Shown here one piece after another: positions 37,976-46,554 of a stretch of 64,000 bases of DNA; position 1 is the first letter of the stretch, and each line of letters opens with the position of its first letter. The stretch spans positions 11,492 through 75,491 of the forward strand of contig JAHIMR010000040.1 of the NCBI GenBank assembly GCA_018896525.1, read 5' to 3'. Below the pieces are notes generated by a model, which saw nothing but the letters and a program-made list of their open reading frames with translations, was not told the origin of the DNA and did not search any database. The position numbers and the translations under genes are program-made. The stretch comes from Actinomycetota bacterium (GTDB lineage Bacteria > Actinomycetota > Geothermincolia > Fen-727 > Anoxymicrobiaceae).

Positions 37976-39763
37976 ATGCTGGGAAAAGTAATAAAGGACA
38001 GTAACGGCAGTACGGTTGGCCGCCTGGAGGATATGGCTGTCATGGCCGGCGCCAGGTTTCCACTTGTCAGGGGACTGGTGGCCATGTCGGGGCGTAGCAG
38101 GAGCAGGCAGTGTTTCTTCATTCCCTGGGCCGACGTGGAGGGTTGGAGCCGTGAGGGCTTTGTTGTGGACCATATCGATGAATCCAGGGAAGCCGAACCC
38201 GGGGACATTCTCATGTCCAGGGACCTGCTGGACAGGCAGATCGTGGACATGGACGGCTACAAGATAGTACGGGTCAACGATATACGCATGGCTAGGGTGG
38301 GAGATGGGCTACGCGTACTGGGGGCTGACGTGGGGTTTCTGTCTATCCTGCGCAGGCTGGCACCGGGGCGCGTTTTCGATCGGCTGCTGGGTTTCTACGG
38401 GGGGGTGCCGCGCGAGAGGATTGTTCCCTGGAACCTGATGTCCCCGGTAGACCCGATCCCTTACGATGTGCGGCTGAAGATAGGGTACCGTGAATTCCTG
38501 GCGGTACACCCTTCGGATGTCGCTGACATAATCGAGCAACTGGACGTGGGAAAGCGGGCCAAGGTCCTCGCGCTTCTGGACGACCCAAAGGCGGCCGAGG
38601 TGCTGACACAGATCCTCCCCGGAGTACGTTCCTCGGTTGCCCGGGAGATGGGAGAGAGAAGGCTCTCAGGCCTGCTGGAGATAATGCCGCCGGACGAGGC
38701 CGCGGACATACTGGGCACGTTGCCCCGGGAGAAGGCGCGATCGCTGCTATCCCTTATGGGGATTGAAGAGGCCTCGGTAGTCACCTTGCTGCTCGGATTC
38801 GATCCGTTTACCGCCGGCGGCAGGATGACTACAGAGTTCGTGTCGATATCGAACAGTATGAAGGCGGAAGAGACTCTCACCTACCTGCGGAAGGTGGGGA
38901 CCGAGGCGGAGACCATCTACTACATCTACGTGGTCGACGGTGACGGGCATCTCTCCGGGGTGCTCTCGCTCAGGGACCTCTTGCGCGCCGCCCCTGACGA
39001 AGTTGTGAGCGATATCATGCTGCGTGACGTGATCACGGCACAGGTCCTTGAGGACCAGGAGTTGGTGGCCGAGAGACTCTCGCATTACAACCTGCTGGCT
39101 ATTCCGGTGGTGGACGATGAACATGTGCTGCAGGGCATCGTTACCGTCGATGACGCGATTGACGTGATGCTGGAGGAGGCGACCGAGGATATTGCCGAAC
39201 TCTCAGGTGTGTCACCGGAGGACGAGATGACCATCATGGGAGACGCGCTGGACCCTCGTCGCTGGGCAGGCACGATGCTGACGTTACTGGGGGGATTGCT
39301 GGGCACCGCCTTGTTCGGCGCCTTCAGGAACTCGTTCGCCGCAGCCCTGGCACTGGTCTACTTCGTTCCCCTCGCGCTGCGAGCCGCTCACGACGCCTCG
39401 ATATGGTCGTTGGCGGTGGCCGTGCGCGAACTCGGCTACGGGGAGTTCAGGATGCCGGTATCGGGAAGGATACTGCTCAGGGAGTATGCATTCTCGCTGG
39501 CCGCGGCACTCCTGATAAGCGTCCTCAGTTTCCTGGCGGGACTGGTTTTCACGGAGTCGTACGGCACGGCGCTGGCTGGTGCGGCGGGCCTTTTCGTGGG
39601 AGTCTTACTGGCGGGGGTGCTGGGGCTTGTCCTTCCGATGGCCCTGAAACGCATCAGGCCGGACCCGGCGGTGGGAGGGCGGCTTCTTGGGGTCATGGTG
39701 ATGACGGTATCCATAATCTCGTTTCTGACGGTCAGCGGGTTGATCGTCAGGTCTATGGGCTGA
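37976..39763 (+). CDS. mgtE: Magnesium transporter MgtE with an N-terminal PRC-barrel domain (PRC, MgtE_N, CBS pair, MgtE TM domain).
   Basis: MgtE_N (DVADIIEQLDVGKRAKVLALLDDPKAAEVL), a CBS pair and a 5-TM C-terminal domain. The start was moved to ATG 37976; the ORF track begins at 37856, inside the leader. Confidence 0.8.
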   Translation: MLGKVIKDSNGSTVGRLEDMAVMAGARFPLVRGLVAMSGRSRSRQCFFIPWADVEGWSREGFVVDHIDESREAEPGDILMSRDLLDRQIVDMDGYKIVRVNDIRMARVGDGLRVLGADVGFLSILRRLAPGRVFDRLLGFYGGVPRERIVPWNLMSPVDPIPYDVRLKIGYREFLAVHPSDVADIIEQLDVGKRAKVLALLDDPKAAEVLTQILPGVRSSVAREMGERRLSGLLEIMPPDEAADILGTLPREKARSLLSLMGIEEASVVTLLLGFDPFTAGGRMTTEFVSISNSMKAEETLTYLRKVGTEAETIYYIYVVDGDGHLSGVLSLRDLLRAAPDEVVSDIMLRDVITAQVLEDQELVAERLSHYNLLAIPVVDDEHVLQGIVTVDDAIDVMLEEATEDIAELSGVSPEDEMTIMGDALDPRRWAGTMLTLLGGLLGTALFGAFRNSFAAALALVYFVPLALRAAHDASIWSLAVAVRELGYGEFRMPVSGRILLREYAFSLAAALLISVLSFLAGLVFTESYGTALAGAAGLFVGVLLAGVLGLVLPMALKRIRPDPAVGGRLLGVMVMTVSIISFLTVSGLIVRSMG

Positions 39764-39774
39764 GAACAGTCCTC

Positions 39775-39885
39775 GACGGTGGACCCGGCTGGATTTGAAC
39801 TACTTACTAAAGACCAGCGATAATCAAAGTTCAAATACAGCCGGGCGAAACGATGTACAAGCGTTCCACGAGCAAACGCACACAA
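39775..39885 (+). ncRNA. Conserved ~110-nt structured element (copy 2): stem ATTTGAACT / AGTTCAAAT, 26-nt loop, tail ...CGAGCAAACGCACACAAGCAA. It is 38 nt upstream of the Nramp gene.
   Basis: See copy 1 at 20365-20473. The covarying base pair is nt 39801 paired with 39828. Confidence 0.45.
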
Positions 39886-39922
39886 GCAAGCGGTATTGGA
39901 ACATCTAAGCTGGTGAATAACG

Positions 39923-41161
39923 GTGAAAAAGAGAAAATGTATCAAGCGGGAAGCGCTGATGTACGCCGCGGTGGCCGGGCCCGGTATCGTCACCGCGCTG
40001 GCGGGCAACGGCGCGAGCGGGATAACCACCTACTCGGTGATCGGCTCCAGGTTTGGCCTTTCCCTGGTCTGGCTGCTCACCATATGCACGGTCAGTCTCG
40101 CGGTCTTCCAGGAGATGTCGGCGCGCATGGGCGCTGTCACCGGCAAGGGGCTTGCTTCCCTCATCAGGGAGCGTTTTGGGCTTCGTCTCACATTCTTTGC
40201 GATGATGGTCCTGCTGGTGGCCAACGTCGCCATAACCATCGCGGAGTTCGCCGGAGTAGCCGCCAGCCTCGAGCTTTTCGGTTTGAGCAAGTACATCACC
40301 GTTCCCGCGATCGCCATCTTTATCTGGGTGGTGGTTACCAAAGGCTCCTTCAGCAGAGTGGAGAAGGTTTTTCTCGCCATCTGCCTTATCCAGGTCTCCT
40401 ACCTGATTTCCGGCTTCATGGTAAAGCCCGATTGGGGACAGGTTGCCCTGGCGATGGTGAAACCGGAGGTAAGCACGAATCCGGCGTTCGTGCTCGCCGC
40501 GATCGCCATCGTGGGAACCACCGTGGCGCCGTGGATGCAGTTCTTTGTGCAGTCGAACGTGGTGGACAAGGGAATCGATATGGCGGAGTACAAGTACGAG
40601 AGGATGGACGTGATAACCGGGTCGATCCTCTCGAACGTGATATCCCTGTTCATCATCATATGCACCGCGTTTACTCTCTTTCCCGTCCAGGTGGTGGAGA
40701 CGGCCGAGCAGGCCGCCGTGGCATTGAGTCCCCTGGCCGGGTCTGGCGCCAAATGGCTTTTCGGATTCGGGCTTTTCGGCGCCTCCATGCTTGCCGCCAG
40801 CGTCGTTCCGCTTTCAACCTCCTACGCGGTGTGCGAGGCTTTCGGCTGGGAGAGCGGTATAGGGAGAAAGCTTTCCGAGGCCCCCATCTTCTTCGGCATA
40901 TACTCGCTGTCCATACTGCTGGGTGTCGTCGTGGTGCTTATTCCCGGCGTTTCGCTGGTGAGGATAATGTTGTTGGCCCAGGAACTCAATGGTATACTCT
41001 TGCCGGTTATCTTGATTTTCATGCTGACAATCGTCAACGATCCGCAGATAATGGGGGAGCACGTTAACGGACCGGCGGCCAACGCGATCGCCTGGATCAC
41101 CGCTTGCGGGGCATTCGTCCTGGGACTGGTGCTGTTTGTAACCGGAATGTTCGCGCTCTAA
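39923..41161 (+). CDS. mntH: Nramp-family divalent metal (Mn2+/Fe2+) transporter.
   Basis: AGPGIVTALAGNGASG (Nramp DPGN-like signature region), 11-12 TM helices, 412 aa. Confidence 0.85.
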   Translation: MKKRKCIKREALMYAAVAGPGIVTALAGNGASGITTYSVIGSRFGLSLVWLLTICTVSLAVFQEMSARMGAVTGKGLASLIRERFGLRLTFFAMMVLLVANVAITIAEFAGVAASLELFGLSKYITVPAIAIFIWVVVTKGSFSRVEKVFLAICLIQVSYLISGFMVKPDWGQVALAMVKPEVSTNPAFVLAAIAIVGTTVAPWMQFFVQSNVVDKGIDMAEYKYERMDVITGSILSNVISLFIIICTAFTLFPVQVVETAEQAAVALSPLAGSGAKWLFGFGLFGASMLAASVVPLSTSYAVCEAFGWESGIGRKLSEAPIFFGIYSLSILLGVVVVLIPGVSLVRIMLLAQELNGILLPVILIFMLTIVNDPQIMGEHVNGPAANAIAWITACGAFVLGLVLFVTGMFAL

Positions 41162-41162
41162 T

Positions 41163-41319
41163 GCCACGCTCCATAAATACACTGGCATTCGAACGCCGCT
41201 GCATCCACACCGGCCGCGTTCCGCTCCCTCGGCGTACTACAGGAGTACGACTCGGTCGCGCGCCTTGCCGGAGCGGCGTCACGCTCTCGGTGCTTAACCG
41301 TATCTATGGAACGAGGCAG
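41163..41319. repeat. Family A element, full length. Its right terminus GGAACGAGGCAG supplies the Shine-Dalgarno for the next gene.
   Basis: TGCCACGCTCCATAAATACACTGGCATTCGAACGCC ... CGTACTACAGGAGTACGACTCGGTCGCGCGCC ... CGTATCTATGGAACGAGGCAG, then TAACTA and the ATG at 41326. Confidence 0.9.
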
Positions 41320-41325
41320 TAACTA

Positions 41326-42645
41326 ATGAAGAGAGTCTACAAGAAGAACCATCACCCGAAAGATCCCCGTGCCGTTCTCGAGGGCGCGTCCACGTTCCTT
41401 TCCAGGAACTGGAGAAAGACTCTGGCCGGCATCGCTGCCGCTCTTGTCATGCTGCTACTGGTGTCCAGCCTGTTGGTACTGGCTGATGCACATATCTGGC
41501 CGCCGGTGGCTCAAGAGGTCGAAGAGATGGAAACACCCGGTGGCACCCCACCCCCCCCTCCTGTTGTTCAAGCGGTCGCCGCCGTTCTCATTGACCAGGA
41601 AAGCGGCATGGTTCTCTACGAGAAGAACGCTCAACTGAGGTTGCCCATTGCCAGTACCACCAAGATGATGACCGCCCTCGTGGTCCGTGAGCAACTGGAC
41701 CTGGATGACCAGGTCACCATAACCCCTGCCGCGGCAAGCGTCGGCGAGCAGGAGATATGGTTGAGTCCCGGAGAGGTCCTGACCGTTGAGGAACTCCTGT
41801 GGGCTTTGATGGTCCAGTCGGCCAACGACGCGGCGTACGCGCTGGCGGAGTATGCCACCGGTGGCGTGGAGTCGTTCGCCCGCCTGATGAACAAGAAGGC
41901 ACAGTCGATAGGGGCCGTTGATTCCAATTTCACTAACCCTCACGGACTCGACATGGCAGACCATTTCTCAACCGCCTACGACCTGGCCTTGATCGGAAGG
42001 GAACTAATGGCGGACCCCGTGCTGGCAGAGATGGCCGGCTGCAAGCAGTACGACCTGCGATGGACGGACCACCCCTCTCCACGAACGTGCTTGAGCCATA
42101 ACGAGCTATTGGGCACCTACCCGGGGGTCACCGGTATAAAGACCGGGTATACGGCAGCCGCGGGAAGTTGCCTTGTCGCCTCCGCCACCAGGGATTCCAA
42201 GTCACTGGTAGCGGTGGCACTCAACAGTGAGTACCGGGAAAGCGACCTGGTGAGCATGCTCGACTACGGGTTCACCGCCACCGCCCGGGTTGTGCTGGTG
42301 GAAAACGAGGAGGACCTTGGAAGAACCAGGGTGTCGGCGTACCCGCGCCGCTACGTCACCGCCATACCCCGGGAGGAACTCGCGGTCCTCTCAATCGTTG
42401 GGTCGGGGAACAGGTTTGAGGTAAAGACCGCGATCGAAAGAGAGGCGGATTCAAAGGTCGAGAAAGGTGACACCCTGGGGAAGGTACTGTGCAGCGCGGA
42501 GAGCCGGCCGCTGTATGAGGTGGACGCGGTGGCGGAGTCCTCCGCCGAAAGCCCAAAAGCCGCGGAGGGCATAATATGGTTCATGTGGTACGTACTGTGC
42601 TGGGCCGGCCGCATCGTTACGGCGCCGGTCATGGTATGGCTGTAA
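41326..42645 (+). CDS. D-alanyl-D-alanine carboxypeptidase (peptidase S11, PBP5/6-like) with N-terminal membrane anchor and Pro-rich linker.
   Basis: SxxK = ASTTK, SxN = SAND, KTG = KTGYT. 439 aa. Confidence 0.85.
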   Translation: MKRVYKKNHHPKDPRAVLEGASTFLSRNWRKTLAGIAAALVMLLLVSSLLVLADAHIWPPVAQEVEEMETPGGTPPPPPVVQAVAAVLIDQESGMVLYEKNAQLRLPIASTTKMMTALVVREQLDLDDQVTITPAAASVGEQEIWLSPGEVLTVEELLWALMVQSANDAAYALAEYATGGVESFARLMNKKAQSIGAVDSNFTNPHGLDMADHFSTAYDLALIGRELMADPVLAEMAGCKQYDLRWTDHPSPRTCLSHNELLGTYPGVTGIKTGYTAAAGSCLVASATRDSKSLVAVALNSEYRESDLVSMLDYGFTATARVVLVENEEDLGRTRVSAYPRRYVTAIPREELAVLSIVGSGNRFEVKTAIEREADSKVEKGDTLGKVLCSAESRPLYEVDAVAESSAESPKAAEGIIWFMWYVLCWAGRIVTAPVMVWL

Positions 42646-42732
42646 GCCACGGCGAGCCACTCACTCCTGGCGCGGTTCCGCTTGGATTAAGTTTGATTGT
42701 CAAAGGAGTATAATAAAACCGGTGATGAAAAA

Positions 42733-43203
42733 ATGATTCCAATGACTATTGTGGGCGTGAGGGTAGAGCTGCCGGCGAACCAGCCGATAGTGCTTTTGCG
42801 TGAGATCGGCGGAGAACGCTTCCTGCCGATATGGATAGGGTCTTCTGAGGCGACCGCGATCGCCTTCGCCCTGCAGGAAGTTCCAACCGCAAGGCCGATG
42901 ACTCATGATCTTTTCAAGGACGTGCTGGAAGAACTGACAGTCGAGGTAAAGCAGATACTGATAAATGACCTCATAGACGGGACGTTCTACGCGATAATAA
43001 CCATGGTCCGGAACGGATCCCGGCACGAGGTGAGCGCCCGGCCGTCTGACGCCATAGCCCTGGCGGTCAGGATGGACGTTCCCATCTACGCCGATGAGAA
43101 CGTCCTGGACCAGGCAAGCATTGTCATAGAAGCCCCCGAAGAGGAGGAGGTCGAAAGGTTCCGCGATTTCCTCGACCACGTTGAGCCGAAAGATTTCCTT
43201 TGA
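42733..43203 (+). CDS. Bifunctional nuclease family protein (DUF151, Rv1829-like).
   Basis: IPMTIVGVRVELPANQPIVLLREIGGERFLPIWIGSSEATAIAFAL ... ARPSDAIALAVRMDVPIY, about 156 aa. ATG 42733 preferred over the ORF-track TTG at 42697. Confidence 0.75.
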   Translation: MIPMTIVGVRVELPANQPIVLLREIGGERFLPIWIGSSEATAIAFALQEVPTARPMTHDLFKDVLEELTVEVKQILINDLIDGTFYAIITMVRNGSRHEVSARPSDAIALAVRMDVPIYADENVLDQASIVIEAPEEEEVERFRDFLDHVEPKDFL

Positions 43204-43263
43204 GAACCGCGCGTCCCGGGCCAACCCCTCTCGTAACCGCGCCGCGGCCATGATCGCAACTAG

Positions 43264-43587
43264 TGCCCCGTCTCATAGAATACAATGGCATTCGAACGCC
43301 GCTGCATCCACACCGGCTGCGTTCCGCTCCCTCGAAGTACTACAGGAGTACGTTCTAGTGCCCCGCTCCATGGATACGCTGGCATTCGAACGCCGCCGCA
43401 TCCACACCGGCCGCGTTCCGCTCCCTCGACGTACTACAGGAGTACGTCTCAGTCGCGCGCCTTGCCGGAGCGGCGCTTCGACGCTCTCGGTGCTTAACCG
43501 TATCCATGGAACGGGGCACTTGGTCGCGCGCCTTGCCGGAGCGGCGCCACGCTCTCGGTGCGTCACCGTATTTATGAGACGGGACAC
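43264..43587. repeat. Family A array: left arm, then a full element, then an extra right arm (about 325 bp).
   Basis: GTGCCCCGTCTCATAGAATACAATGGCATTCGAACGCCGCTGCATCCACACCGGCTGCGTTCCGCTCCCTCGAAGTACTACAGGAGTACG + GTGCCCCGCTCCATGGATACG...CCATGGAACGGGGCAC + ...CGTATTTATGAGACGGGACAC. Confidence 0.9.
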
Positions 43588-43623
43588 TGGATCCCCGGGG
43601 CAATCACGGCGGAGAACGGTAAC

Positions 43624-44649
43624 GTGAAAAAGGTCAGAAAGAAGAACCCGTACTGGCATATCAGGACCGCCTTACTGGCATTTGTGGCTTTGAACGCCGT
43701 GGGGACGATGGGCTACATGCTCATCGAGCATATGGGTTTCCTGGACTCCCTGTACATGACGATCATCACCGTTTCCACCGTAGGGTATCGTGAGATAGCG
43801 GTTCTCACCAGGAGCGGCGAGATATTCACAATGGTCATAATCATCGGCGGCCTTGCCAGCGTCGTCTATGTGACCACCAGCATAGTGGAGTTGCTGATAG
43901 AAGGCAGGCTCATGGACATGATGGGGAGGCGAAAGGTGTTGCGAGAGCTTCAGGAGATCACCGGGCATTACATAGTGTGTGGTTACGGGAGGGTCGGCAG
44001 GCAGATCGCCAAGGAGTGCAAGGCCCAGGGGACGGGGGTTGTCGTTATAGAGGCGGAACGGGAGGTGTTGGAAGCGGGCCGCAATGACGGCTTCATAATG
44101 GTCAAGGGAAACGCGACCGAGGAGCGGGTCTTGAGGGAGGCCGGCATTGAGCGCTCGTCCGGCCTGGTGACCGCGCTGTCCTCCGACGCGGACAACCTCT
44201 TCGTCACAATGACCGCAAGAATAGTGCGCCCCGACATCTTTATCGTGGGGCGATGTAACTCGGATGAAACCGAATCAAAGCTTTACCGGGCAGGGGCCGA
44301 CAGGGCGATATCCCCGCACAACGTGGGGGGGAGACATATGGCGGCCCTTCTGCTCAATCCCCTGGTATGCGACTTCATAGACGTGGTTACCCACGGAGAA
44401 CTGATCGAACTCACTCTAACCGCCGTTCAAGTCGAACAGGAAGCCGCGGTGGTAGGCAGATCTATCAAGGACATCCTGGTCGGGGAACTGAAAGGCGTCG
44501 CAATATTAGGTCTCAAGAGGCCAAAACGTGACTTTGAGCCTAATCCCCGTGGGATTACCGTTATTGATGCCGGGGATAGCCTCATAGTAACGGGCGATCC
44601 GGATCGTGTTGAAATACTGGAGAACGCGTGCAAGAGCAGGCACCGATGA
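43624..44649 (+). CDS. Two-TM potassium-channel-like protein with cytoplasmic RCK (TrkA-N plus TrkA-C) domains.
   Basis: Pore region LYMTIITVSTVGYRE (filter-like TVGY). Rossmann GYGRVGRQIA; C-terminal TrkA-C. GTG 43624 chosen because the ORF-track start lies inside the repeat. Confidence 0.7.
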   Translation: MKKVRKKNPYWHIRTALLAFVALNAVGTMGYMLIEHMGFLDSLYMTIITVSTVGYREIAVLTRSGEIFTMVIIIGGLASVVYVTTSIVELLIEGRLMDMMGRRKVLRELQEITGHYIVCGYGRVGRQIAKECKAQGTGVVVIEAEREVLEAGRNDGFIMVKGNATEERVLREAGIERSSGLVTALSSDADNLFVTMTARIVRPDIFIVGRCNSDETESKLYRAGADRAISPHNVGGRHMAALLLNPLVCDFIDVVTHGELIELTLTAVQVEQEAAVVGRSIKDILVGELKGVAILGLKRPKRDFEPNPRGITVIDAGDSLIVTGDPDRVEILENACKSRHR

Positions 44650-44818
44650 CAAAAACCTCATAACACTCATAATATTACTTATTCAACGATATTAACATAA
44701 GTTATCAATAGTTGATTTTTCTTATCAGAAGTGTTAAGTTATATAAGCTTATAGCACGATATCTACTATAGGGTTTAGTAGTTGCAGTGACCGTATGCTA
44801 TCGCTCAAGGTTTAGGGT

Positions 44819-45811
44819 ATGAAGAGAAAGATCTGTCTATCGCGAATACTCCTGGCGGTGCCTGTCATTGCCGTCATGACGCTCTTGATCACGTTCTCAA
44901 GCGCCGTTTTCGCGCAGTACGTGCCTGATAGTGCACTGCCCAAGCAGGAGCAGGCAAGGAGTATCGAGAGGGATATTGCCTTACTCGAGCAGAAGCTCAC
45001 CAAGGCGAACTACGACAAGGTCGTGATGTCCAGGAGGCTCGAGGAAGTCGAAAAGCAAATACTTGACTGCTACATGGTTATTGACGCGACGGAAGCGGAA
45101 CTCGCCCGATTGAGGAAAAACCTTAACAGTGAACTGAGGTATCTATACATCGATGGACGCAGGGATACGATTGTGCACCTTATCAACTCGAGCGACGTCA
45201 CGGATTTCATGATCCACTTCGACCACATGGTGGACGTGGCTTCCAGTGAAGCCGAAGTGCTCGAAAAGATAAAGGCCAAGAAGAAGCGGATAAAGCAGTA
45301 CCAGGATAACCTGATAGATTACAAAAGCGAGGCGGCCGCCGTTTTGCGCAACAGCGAAACCGAGCAACTGGAGTTCCAGGTAGCGCAGAAGAAAAAGGAA
45401 CTCGCCGATGTAACCAGCTCAATAATTGCCATGCAACTGCCGACCACACAGGCTCCAGCACCCGCCGCCTTCAGCCCGTCAGCCGTCTACTCCGAGCCGG
45501 ACGACAGCGGGTTCGTCATGACAGGGCAGGTCTTCTCCGGTTATTCCAGCTGGTACGGAAACCAGTTTCACGGCAGGACGACCGCGAGCGGTGAGGTGTT
45601 CGACCAGTATGCCTTCACCTGTGCCCATAAGCAGTTGCCATTCGGCACATGGTTGCGAGTGACGTTCCGCGACAGAACGGTTATAGTCAAAGTCAACGAC
45701 AGGGGACCGTTTATCAAGGGCAGAATGCTGGACCTCTCACGTGGGGCGGCCGAGGCGATCGGCCTCAGTGGCGTTCAGTGGGTGGATTGCGAGATCGTGG
45801 TACCAAAGTGA
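44819..45811 (+). CDS. Secreted coiled-coil protein with a C-terminal RlpA-like double-psi beta-barrel domain (septal lytic transglycosylase family).
   Basis: Signal peptide MKRKICLSRILLAVPVIAVMTLLITFSSAVFA. C-terminus SWYGNQFHGRTTASGEVFDQYAFTCAHKQLPFGTWLRVTF...VNDRGPF. Preceded by an AT-rich (~30% GC) 170-bp region. Confidence 0.75.
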   Translation: MKRKICLSRILLAVPVIAVMTLLITFSSAVFAQYVPDSALPKQEQARSIERDIALLEQKLTKANYDKVVMSRRLEEVEKQILDCYMVIDATEAELARLRKNLNSELRYLYIDGRRDTIVHLINSSDVTDFMIHFDHMVDVASSEAEVLEKIKAKKKRIKQYQDNLIDYKSEAAAVLRNSETEQLEFQVAQKKKELADVTSSIIAMQLPTTQAPAPAAFSPSAVYSEPDDSGFVMTGQVFSGYSSWYGNQFHGRTTASGEVFDQYAFTCAHKQLPFGTWLRVTFRDRTVIVKVNDRGPFIKGRMLDLSRGAAEAIGLSGVQWVDCEIVVPK

Positions 45812-45839
45812 CCCAGGGCCCGTCTCTATCCACTTTCGA

Positions 45840-46550
45840 ATGAGGTTAATGGTGAGAGAGGTTTTCCCCGGCGTATACATGATGAAAAGGACATGGGGAT
45901 CCAATGTATATGTGCTGCCGGGCGACAACCCCGTTATGATTGACGCCGGCTTCCCGGTTGACCGTAGACGGATAGCGAGGCGTCTGGCCGGCTTCCCTTC
46001 CGATAAAAGATGGCTGCTGGTGGCTACCCACTATCATCTCGATCATACAGGGTCGATGAAGTGGATTTCCGAGTCGTTCGAAACCACGATAGCCGCACAT
46101 GCCGGGGACGCGCCGGTCATGGAAGGCTCCATGCCTTACGATATATTCAAGCTGAACCTTCCACAGACCGTCTACTACAAGACGCTCTCCCCGTTATTCA
46201 GGTACCAGTACGTAAGTGTCGACCGGAAGCTCGAGGAAGGGGATGTGCTGGACACCCTGGGGGGGCTGGAGGTCATACACATTCCCGGACACACCCGTGG
46301 AAGTATCGCCCTTTACCAGGAGAACCGGGGCATCCTCTTTTCCGGCGACACGGTGAGGAACGAGAACGGCGTCTTGGAGGGCCCTCCCCCCCAGTTCAGC
46401 ATCGCGCCGGTGGAGTCGTTCACCAACATCAGGGAAAAGTTGCTGAACCTGGACTTCGAGGTGCTGTTGCCGGGGCACGGTGACCCTATCATCGGCGGTG
46501 CCCGGGACGAGGTGCACAGGATGATGTCGCGCCGCGGCGGAACGGAGTGA
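45840..46550 (+). CDS. MBL-fold metallo-hydrolase.
   Basis: HYHLDHTGS and HIPGHTRGS are the beta-lactamase-fold metal-binding motifs. The start was moved to ATG 45840. Confidence 0.8.
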   Translation: MRLMVREVFPGVYMMKRTWGSNVYVLPGDNPVMIDAGFPVDRRRIARRLAGFPSDKRWLLVATHYHLDHTGSMKWISESFETTIAAHAGDAPVMEGSMPYDIFKLNLPQTVYYKTLSPLFRYQYVSVDRKLEEGDVLDTLGGLEVIHIPGHTRGSIALYQENRGILFSGDTVRNENGVLEGPPPQFSIAPVESFTNIREKLLNLDFEVLLPGHGDPIIGGARDEVHRMMSRRGGTE

Positions 46551-46554
46551 ACTG

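Noticed and set aside
39853-41067. 404-aa + strand ORF in an alternative frame across the Nramp gene (Arg/Gly/His-rich).
   Set aside because: It overlaps the clearly TM-rich Nramp frame (39923-41161) and has low-complexity composition. It is an artefact.
42693-42714. TTGATT ... TATAAT hexamers upstream of the DUF151 gene as a promoter.
   Set aside because: Spacer lengths are wrong for the obvious -35 candidates (10 or 21 nt), so only an isolated perfect TATAAT remains.
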